Assembly (NCBI RefSeq): GCF_009914755.1
Contig: NC_060947.1
Origin: the human T2T-CHM13v2.0 reference genome, Homo sapiens
Length of the DNA: 64,000 bases
Strand: one strand, 5' to 3'
Notes under the pieces: model-generated
What the model saw: the letters and a program-made list of their open reading frames with translations, nothing else
Told to the model about the DNA's origin: nothing
The model's database searches: none
Program-made: the position numbers and the translations under genes
Part shown: piece after piece, positions 54,156-64,000 of the stretch
Numbering within the stretch: the first letter of the stretch is position 1
Layout of the letters: every line of letters begins with the position of its first letter

Positions 54156-57100
54156 TGAATCACTATTCTTATAACAGATAAAACACAATTTAAACTAACA
54201 ACAGTAAAAAAGGACAAAGAAGAGCATACAAAATGATAAAGGGTTTAATCCAACAAGAAGAATCAACTATCCTTAATATATATGCACTTAACATTGGAGC
54301 AACCAGATTCATAAAACAAGTACTTCTAGACCTACAAAAAGACCTAGACAGCCACATAACAATAGTGTGGAACTTCACCATACCACTGACAGCCTCAGAC
54401 AGATCATAAAGGCAGAAAACTAACAGAGAAATTCTGGACTGAAATTCAACACTTGACCAATTGGACCTAATAGAAATCTATAGAATATTCCACTCATTTA
54501 CTACAGAATGTACATTATTCTCATATGCACATGGCACATACTCCAATACAGACAACATGCTCAGCCATAAAGCGAGCCTTAGTAAATTCAAAAAACTTGA
54601 AGTAGTACCAACCATTGTCTTGGACCACAGTGGAATAAAGACAAAACGCAATACAAAGAAGATCTTTCAAAACTACACAATTACATGAAAATTAAACACT
54701 TTGCTCCTGAATGACTTTTGGGTAAACAATGAAATTGAGGCATAAACCAAAAAATTATTTGAAATAAATGAAAACAGAGACACAACATACAAAACGTCAG
54801 GGATGCAGCAAAAGGAATGTTGAGAGAAAAATGTATAGTGCTAAATGCCTACCATAGAAAAAATATCTTGAATTAATTATCTATTATCACACCTGTAGGA
54901 AGCAGAAAAACAAGAACAAACTAACTTCAAAGATAGCAGAAGAAAGGAAATAACTAATATCAGAGCAGAACTGAACAACATTGAGACCCTAAAATCCTTA
55001 CAAAGCATCAAAGGAACCAAAAGTTGATTATTTGAAGAGATCATCAGCACCAATTGACTGCTAGTTAAATTAACAGAGAGAGGGGAAGAGACAGAGAGAG
55101 AGATAATCCAAATAAACACAATCAGAAATGACAAAGGAAACATTACAACTGATCCCACAGCAATACAAAAGATCTTCAGAGACAGTTATGAACACTTCTA
55201 TGCACACATACTACCAAAGCTAGAGGAAACGGATAAATTCTTGGAAACAAATAATCTCCCAAGATTAAATCAGAAAAAAAATTGAAACACTGAACAGCCT
55301 ACTAGGATGCTCCAAAATTGAATCAGGAATAAAGAACCTATGAATCAAAAAAGTCTTGGATCAGATGAAATCACAGCTGAATTCTACCAGATGTACAAAG
55401 AAAAGCTGGTACCAAAATAATTGAGGAAGAGGAACTCCTTTCTAACTCATTCTATGAAGCCAGCATCACTCTCATACAAAACTTGGCAAAGACACAATGA
55501 AAAACAGAAAACTATGGGACAATATCCCTGATGAACAGCGATGCAAAAATCCTCAACAAAATACTAGCAAACTGAATCCAACCATATATCAAAATGGTAA
55601 TTCACCATGATCAAGCAGACTTCATTCCTGTGATGCAAGGTTGCTTCAACATACAAAAATCAATAAATGTGATTCACCAAATAAACAGAATTAAAAAATA
55701 AAAACCATACGGTCATTTTAATAGATCCAGAAAAAGCTTTCAATAAAATGCAAAATCCTCTCATGATAAGAACCCTCAAGAAACTGGACATCAAAAGAAC
55801 ATACCTCAAAATAATAAGAGCCATCTATGACAAACCCACAGACATCACACTGAATGGACAAAAACAGGAAGCATTTCCCTTGAGATCCAGAACGTAGACA
55901 GTGATATCTACTCTCACCAGTCCTATTCAACAAAGTACTGGAAGTTCATGCCACAGCCATGGGGCAACAGAAAGTAAAAAAGACATCCAAATAGGAAAAT
56001 AAGAAGTCAAACTATCTTTCTTCACTGATGATATGATCTATACCTAGAAAACTCTAAAGACTCCATCAAAAACCTCCTGGAACTGATAAACAACTTTAAT
56101 AAAATTTCAGGAAACAAAATCAACATACAAAAATCAGTAGCATTTCTAAACACTAATAACATTCAAGCTGACAGCCAAATCAGGAACACAATCCCATTTA
56201 AAATAGCCACAAAAAATTAAAATATCCTAGAATACATCTAACCAAGAAGGTGACAGATCTCTACAAGGAGAACTACAAAACACTGCTGAAAGAAATAAAT
56301 GATGTCACAAACAAATGAAAAAAAATTCTATGCCCATGGATTGAAAGAACAATATTAAAATAACCATAGTGCCCAAAGCAATACATAGATTCAACTTTAT
56401 TTCTATTAAAACATTAAAGTCATTTTTCACACAACTAAGAAAAACTTTCTAAAATTCATATGGAATCAAATATCAGTCCAAGTAGCCAAAGTCATCCCAA
56501 GCAAAAAGGAAAAAGCTGGAGGCATAATATTACCAGACTTCAAATTATACTATAAGGCTACAGTAAGCAAAACAGCATGATGCTGTTACAAAAACAGATA
56601 CATACACTAAGGGAAGAGATTACAGGACCCAGAAATAAGGCCACACACCTACAGTCACCTGATTTTTGACAAAGTTGACAAAAATGAGCAACAGGTAAAC
56701 AACTCTCTATTCAAAAAATAGTGCTGGGCCAGCTGGCTAGCCACGTGCCGAGGAATTAAAGTGGACCTCTACCTTTCACCATATACAAAAATTAACATAA
56801 GATGGATTAAACATTTAAATGTAAGACCTCAAATGAGAGTAATCCTAGAAGAAGACCTAGGAAACACCATTCTGGACATCAGCCTTAGGAAAGAATTTAT
56901 AACTAAGTCCTCAAAAGAAATTGCAACAAAAACGAAAATTGATAAGTGGGATCCAATTAAACCAAAAAGCTTCTACACTCAAGGAAACTATCAACAGAGT
57001 AAACAGACAATCTATAGAGTGTGAGAAAATATTGACAAACTATGCATCTGACAAAAGTCTAATATCCAAAATCTGTAAGTCACTTAAGGAGCAAAAAACA

Positions 57101-58967
57101 AATAATCACATTAAAAATTGGGCAAAATGCATGAGCAGACAGTTCTCAAAAGAAGACATACTGATGGCTAAAAAGCATATGAAAATTGCTCAACATAACC
57201 AATTATTAGAGAAAGGCAAATCAAAACCATGATGAGATACCATCTCACAACAGTCAGAATAGTTATTATTAAAAGGTCAAAAAATAACAAATGTTGGCAA
57301 GGTTGCAAAGAAAAGGAAATTTATACACTGTTGGTGGGAGTATAAATTAGTTCAACAACTGTGCAAAGTAGTTTGGAGATTTCTCAAAGAAATTAAAACA
57401 ATTATCATTTGACCCAGCAATTCCATTACTGGGTATACACCCAAAAGAAAATAAGTTATTCAACCAAATAGATACATGCACTTGTATATAACTCACAGCA
57501 CTATTCATAATAGCAAAGACATGAAATCAATGTAGGTGCCCATCAATGGTGGATCAGAGAAAGAAAATATAGTACATATACACCCTGGAACACTACACAG
57601 CCATAAAAAAATGAGATCTTGTCCTTTGCAGCAACCTGGATGGAGCCGGAGGCCATCATCCTAAGCAAACTAACACAGGAACAGAAAACCAATACCACAT
57701 GTTATCACTTAAAAATGGGAGCTAAACCATGGGTACTCATGGACATAAGGATGGCAAAAATAGACACTGGGGGCTACTGTGGGGGGGTGTAGAGCAAGGG
57801 GGCAGGTTGAAAAGTTGAGTATTAGTAGTAGGTTGAGTACTATCCTCAGTACCTGGGTTATGGGATCAATTGTACTTCAAACCTCAGCATCATGCAATAT
57901 GCCCAGGTAACAAACCTGTACACATACCCCCAAATCTAAAATAAAAGTTGAAATTATTAAGAAATGTTATTGGCTATTAGTGGCTATCATAATCTACTTG
58001 AAATGTCTAAAGTAAATCTATTTATATCAGTGACAAAAGCTTCTTCCTCTCTGATGATAAATCCATTGCAGACTGGAGTTTTAAGAAAATATTTTAGGAT
58101 TATGAATATATTTATTGAGACAGAAGTAAATTCTGAATGCATGAAAGAAGAAAACTGGATATAAAAGAACCATGAAAACTGAGGAGAATTCAAAATAAAG
58201 AATGCTTATTCACAGAAAACGTGATGTTTTTCAAAATCAGCCTCTATATTGTGAATTACAAATGCCAGCAAGGCCAAAAGTCAAGCATAACTATTTTAAA
58301 GAATAGTGGTTAAACTTATCATACACATGAAATTGAAGCTTATATTCTATTACAATCTTTTAACACAATCCTCATTGTTATGAGTTTCTAAATGTCAGTT
58401 CCTCACTATAAAGATGTTAGATAACCTCTCATCTAGCCTACAGTCTAAACTCTAAACAGTTTTATACACAAGTAAAAGTTATAAGATTATTTAAAATAAT
58501 AAACTTGCCATTCAACTAAAGAGAATGATTAACTCCTTCAAAAAGTAACATCTTATCTTGATACCCATAAACATTTATGAATATCTTTATGTAGTCATAT
58601 ACTATTTTAGAATTTTTTACAGTAAGAAATGTATAAGGGAAATATAGTGCCTCAGGTTGTTTGAATGAATGAAGAAAATTGTCATCTATCAAAGATACAG
58701 AAATTCAGTCATCAATGTTAGAATAATTTTTTCATACATGTTTTAAGTAGCCTTTCAAAAGCCAGCAGGAAATTGAAAACTGACATCCTGAAATATCCAC
58801 TTATACTGCTGCACACATACACACACATGCATATACACACATAATATGAAGTGATAAAAAAAGACACCCAAGTGTGATAATTTTCTAAAGTCAAACAATA
58901 GTAACAATAGATATATCTATAGACCGTTTAATACATGCTGAATATTGTTTTAAGCACTTCATATGTA

Positions 58968-60948
58968 CAGGTATACCTCAGAGATACTGAGTTCAGTTCC
59001 AGACCACTACAATGAAGCAAATATCACAATAAAGCAAGTTACATGATTTTTTTGGTTTCCCCTTGCATATAAAAGTTATGTTTACACTGTACTATAGTCT
59101 ACTAAGAGTGAAATAGACTATTTTTTGGTCTAAAAATGTACATGTCTAAATTTAAAATACTTTATTGCTAAAAACTGCTAATAATCATCTGAGCTTTCAG
59201 CAAATTGCAGTGTTTTTCTTGGTTGGTGTTCTGTCTCAGTGTTGATGGCTGCTGATTGAATACCATGGTGGTTGCTGAAGGTTGAGGTGCCTGAGGAAAT
59301 TTTTAATAAGACAATGGTAACATTTGCCTCATTAATTGACTCTTCCTTTCATGAAAGATTTCTCTGTGGCACGTGATGCTGTTTGATAGCATTTTACCCA
59401 CAGTAGAACGTTCACACTTGGAGTCAATCCTCTCAAACTCTGCCACCACTTTATCAGCTAAGTTTATGTAACATTCTAAGTCCTTTGTTGTCATTTCAAA
59501 AATGTTCCACAGCATCTTCACCAGGAGTAGATTCCACCTCAAGAAACCAATTTCTTTGCTCATCCATAAGAACCAACTCATCTGCTCAAGTTTTATCATG
59601 AGATTACAGCAATTCAGGCAAACCTTCAGTCTCCACTTCTAATCTAGTTCTCTTGCTATATCCACCACATGTGCAGTTTTTCTATTGGAAAAAGCCTTCT
59701 TTTCCAATAGAAGGCTATTTCATCCAAAAAACCAAACACCGCATATTCTCACTCATAGGTGGGAATTGAACAATGAGATCACATGGACACAGGAAGGGGA
59801 ATATCACACTCTGGGGACTGTGGTGGGGTGGGGGGAGGGGGGAGGGATAGCATTGGGAGATATACCTAATGCTAGATGACACGTTAGTGGGTGCAGCGCA
59901 CCAGCATGGCACATGTATACATATGTAACTAACCTGCACAATGTGCACATGTACCCTAAAACTTAGAGTATAATAAAAAAAAAAAAAAAAAAGAAAATCT
60001 GTTGTGTAGTGTAGCTACCTTCATTAATTAACACAATCTTCAGCAGCTTGCTGCAGCTTCTCCCTCAGCACTTGATGCTTCACCTTGCACTTTTATGTTA
60101 TGAAGATGGCTTCATTCCTTAAATCTCATTGAAACAACCTCTGCAAAATTCAAACTTTTTTCCTGCTGCTTTCTCATCTCTCTGTCTTCATTGAATTGAA
60201 GAGGGTTAGGGCCTTGTTGTGGATTAGGTTTCAGTTTAAGGCAATGATGTGGCTACTTTGACCTTCTATTCAGATTACTCAAACTTTCTCCATATCAGCA
60301 ATAAGTCTGCTTATTCTTCTTATCATTGGTGCGTTCAGAGTAACACTTTCAATTTCCTTCAAGAACTTTTCCTTGATATTCACAATTTGGCTAACTGGCA
60401 AAAGAGCCCTAGCTTTTGACCTATCTTAACTTTTGGCATGCCTTCTTTACTAAGCTTAAACATTTTGGACTTTTGATTTAAAGTGAAAGAGTTGAACACC
60501 TAAAGTCAATTTTGATGTTATTAACTGGCCTAATTTGTATATTGTTATGTCCCAGGGAATAGGGAGGCCCAAGTAGAGGGAGAGAGGGTAACACCTGGCC
60601 ATTGAAACAGTCAGAACACACACAACAATTATCAATTAAGTTCGCCATTATTTATGGGTGCAGTTTGTGGTGCCTCAAAGCAATTATAATAGTAACATCA
60701 AAGATTACTGATCACAGATCATCTTAATAGATATAATAATAATCGTATATAATAATACTAATAAAGTTAGAAATATCACAAGAATTACAAAAAAATGTGA
60801 CATGGAGACACAAAGTGAGCACAGTTCATTTAGGAAAAATGTCACTGAAAGACTTTCTTGAGGAAGGGTTGCCACTAACTTTAAATTTGTAAATATGTAT
60901 ATCTGAGAAGTGCAATAAGGGGAAACACAATAAAATAAGCTACACCTG
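58968..60948 (-). mobile_element. Tigger1 DNA transposon, internally deleted
   Basis: TIRs CAGGTATACCTC and GCTACACCTG with TA TSDs; transposase C-terminal remnant ORF 59303-59599 ([16 protein letters not shown]...FERIDS). Confidence 0.92.
59725..59992 (+). mobile_element. L1HS pre-Ta 3' fragment
   Basis: GATGAC-ACG-TTAGTGGG (ACG at 59881-59883), AACTTAGAGTATAAT (G at 59966), pure 18-A tail. Confidence 0.9.
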
Positions 60949-61079
60949 TATTAACCCCCTTAATCCTCACAACAAAACTGTAATACTGGCACTGTCATGA
61001 TGCCCATTTTTCAACTGGGAAAAAGAGTGCAAAAAAGTGGGGCAAGATTCAAACTGGCAATCTGTTTCCTCATCCCACT

Positions 61080-64000
61080 TTTTATATTATAATTATTTAT
61101 TTTTTTATAAATTTTACTTTAGGTTCAAGATGACAGATGTTATATAGACAATTGCATGTCATGGGGATTTGGTATACAGTTTATTTCATCTCCTCAGTAA
61201 TAAGGATAGTACACTATAGGTAGTTTTTCATTTCTCACCCTCCTCCCACCCTCCACCCTCAAATAGGCCCTGGCGTTTATTGTTCTCTTTATTATGTCCA
61301 TGTTTAATCAATGCTTAGCTCCCCCTTTAAAGTGAAAACATGCAGCATTTGGTTTTCTGTTTCTGTATAAGTTCCTCTGTTAGTTCCTCCAGCACCATCT
61401 GTGTTGCTGCAAATGACATAATCTGGTTATTTTTTACAGTTGTGTAGTATTTCATGATATATATGTACAACATTTTCTTTCTCCAGTCTACCATTAATGG
61501 ATTTTAGGTTGATTCCATTTCTCTGCTATTGTGAATAGTGCTGCAATGAACATACACATGCATATGTATTTATTGTAAAACGGTTTCTATTCCTTTGGGT
61601 ATATACCCAATAAAGGGATTGCTGTGTGGAATGGTAATTCTGTCTTAAGTTTTTTGAGGAATCACCAAGCTGCTTTCCACAATGGCAGAACTAATTTAAC
61701 ATTCCCACCAAAAGTGCTTTTCTCTGCAGCCTCAGCAACATCTGTAATTTTTTACTTTTTAATAACAGCCATTCTGACTGTTGTGAGATGATATCTAATT
61801 GTGGTTTTGATTTGCATTTCTCTAATGATTAGTGATGTTGAGCATTTTTTCATGTGCTTGTTGGCCATATATGTGTCTTCTTTTGAGAAGTGTCACTTTA
61901 TGTACTTTGCCCTCTTTTAATTTTTTTTTATTTTTTGCTTTCTAATTTGCTTGACTTGCTTATAGAATTCTGGATATAAGGTCTTTGCCAGATGCATAGT
62001 TTGTCAATATTTTCTCCCATCCTTTATGTGATCTGTTTACTCTGTGGATAGTTACTTTTGCTGTGAAGAAGCTGCTCTTTAATGTATTTAAGTCCCATTT
62101 GTCAATTTTTGCTTTTGTTGTGATTGCTTTAGTTGTCTTTGTATGAAATATTTGCCAGAGCCTATGTCCAGAATGGTATTTCTTAGGTTTTCGTCTAGAG
62201 CTTTTTATAGTTTTAGGTTTATTTTTAAGACTTTAATCCATCTTTAGTTGATTTATGTATATAATGAAAGGAATAGGTTCATGTTCAATCTTCTGCATAT
62301 AGCTAGCCAGTTATCCCAGCACTACTTATTGAGTAGGGAATCCTTTCCCCATTGCTCATTTTGGTCACTTTTGTCGAACATCAGTTAGTTGTAGCTGTGT
62401 GGTCTTATTTATGGGTTCTCTGTGCTGGTCCATTGATCTATGTGTCTGTTTTTGTACCAGTACCATGCTGTTTTGGTTTCTGTAGCCCTGTGGTATAGCT
62501 TGAAACCGGGTAATATGTTGCCTCTAGCTTTGTTCTTTTTGCCTAGGATTGCCTTGGCACTTTGAGCTCTTTTTTTTTTTTGTTCTATATGAATTTTAAA
62601 ATGGCTTTGTCTAACTATCTGAAAGATATCATTAGTAGTTAGAAATAAGACTGAATCTGTAAATTGCTTTTGGCAGTATGGCCATCTTAACAATATTGAT
62701 TCTTCCTATCCATGGGTATGGAATGTTTTATCACTTGTTTTTGTCAGCTTTGATTTCTTTGAGCAGTGTTTTGTAATTTTTATAGTAAAGATCTTTCACC
62801 TCTTGGTTAGTTATATTCCTAGGTATCTTATTATTTTTGTGGCTACTGTGAATGGGATTGTGTTCTTGATTTGGCTCTCAGCTTCAGTGTAGGTGTATAG
62901 GAATGTTACTAACTTTTGTAAATTGATTTTGTATGCTGAAACCTTGCTGAAGTTCTTTATCAGATTTGGAGCTTTGGGGCAGAGACTATGGGGTTTTCTT
63001 TGTTTAATTTCCATATAATTGTATGGTTTCGAGTGATTTTCTTAGTATTTATTTCTATTTTTATTGCTCTGTAACCCAAGAGTGTGGTTGGCATGATTTT
63101 AGTGTTTTTGACTCTGCTGAGAATTCTTTATAGCTGATTCTGTGGTTGATTTTAGAATATGTGCCATATGCAGATGAGAAGAATGTATATCCTATTGGTT
63201 TGGAGGCTAAGGGTTCTATAGATGTCTGTTAGGTCTATTTAGTCAAGTGTTGAGTTCAGGTCTCATGTGTCTTTGTTAGTTTTCTGCCTCAATGATCTGT
63301 CTAATAATCTCAGTGGAGTGTTCTCATCTTTATTATTTTGTCATGATCTAAATCTCTTCATAGATCTCTAAGGACTTACTTCATTAACCCAGGTGCCACT
63401 GTGTTGAGTGGCATATATTTTTAGGAAAGTTCAGTCTTCTTGTTGAATAGAACCTTTTACCCTTATGTAATGCCCTTCTTTGTCTTTTAAAATCATTGTT
63501 GGTTTAAAGTCTGTTTTGTCTGAAATTAGAATAACAACCTCCAATTTTGGGGGAATTTTCTTGGTAGATTTTTCTACATCCCTTTACTTTGTGCCTATGC
63601 ATGTCATTGTCTGTGAGATGTGTCTCTTGAAGACAGCATACAATTGGGTCTTGCTTCTTTATGCAACTTACCACTCTGTGCCTTCTAATTTGGTCATTTA
63701 CCCTGTTTACATTCAAGTTTAATATTGATATGTGCAGTTTTGATTCTGTCATCATCTTGTTAGCTGGTTATTATGCAGACTTGATCCCATGATTGATTTA
63801 AAGTTTCAATGGCCTATGAACACAAGTGAATTTTTGTGGTGGCCAATAACAATCTTTCCTTTCCATATTTAGCACTCCTTTGATGACCTCTTGTAAGTCT
63901 GACGTGGTGGTAGGTTACAAATTCACATACATTTGCTTATCTGAAATGGATCTTATTTTTCCTTTGCTTATGAAACTTAGTTTGATTGAATATGAAATTT
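61080..64000 (-). mobile_element. L1PA15/16-like element running off the window end, with an internal ORF2 deletion
   Basis: 3'UTR at 61.1-61.4 kb; ORF2 remnants at 62409-62693 and 62811-63014; endonuclease N-terminus ORF 63504-63755 (ISILNLNVN...CCLQETHL). Confidence 0.88.

Larger units (their letters stand above)
50430..57961 (+). mobile_element. Full-length old primate L1 (L1PREC2/L1PA17-like), degenerate
   Basis: 5' caagatggc start, 5'UTR with ~112-bp repeats, ORF1 remnants (52198-52386), ORF2 remnants (54461-54688, 56761-57232), 3'UTR ending aatctaaaataaaagttgaaa; TSD AAATGTTATT at 50413-50422 and 57962-57971. Confidence 0.88.
58895..61070 (-). mobile_element. MIR split by the Tigger1 insertion (58895-58967 and 60949-61070)
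   Basis: ttttaagcacttcatatgTA|ttaacccccttaatcctcacaacaa is contiguous MIR sequence across the insertion. Confidence 0.65.

Overview
Eukaryotic, AT-rich, repeat-dense primate genomic DNA. It is almost certainly human, because it carries an AluYa5, an AluYb-lineage element and a pre-Ta L1HS fragment. I recognise no host protein-coding gene; the ORFs I can identify are transposon remnants (L1 ORF2, Tigger transposase, Alu/LTR/microsatellite pseudo-ORFs). Main content: a full-length old L1MA (6.9-19.9 kb, minus) carrying five nested insertions, a full-length L1PREC2/L1PA17-like element (50.4-58.0 kb, plus), several truncated L1PA copies, THE1/MST MaLR LTRs including one complete THE1, MER21, Tigger1/Tigger2/MER47-type DNA transposons, Alus, and MIR/L2 relics. 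The most notable structures are: (1) a MER4-family ERV transcript that appears to have been retro-copied by L1 (ends at the LTR poly(A) site, A-tail, 19-bp target-site duplication, TSD); (2) a 300-bp local inverted duplication spanning an L1/unique/Alu junction; (3) a perfect 70-bp AT-rich palindrome; (4) three young, possibly polymorphic insertions, two with atypical features; (5) several templated-repair scars; (6) three candidate plus-strand exons. I found no convincing new biological system. Subfamily names come from recalled consensus sequences and were not checked by a database search.
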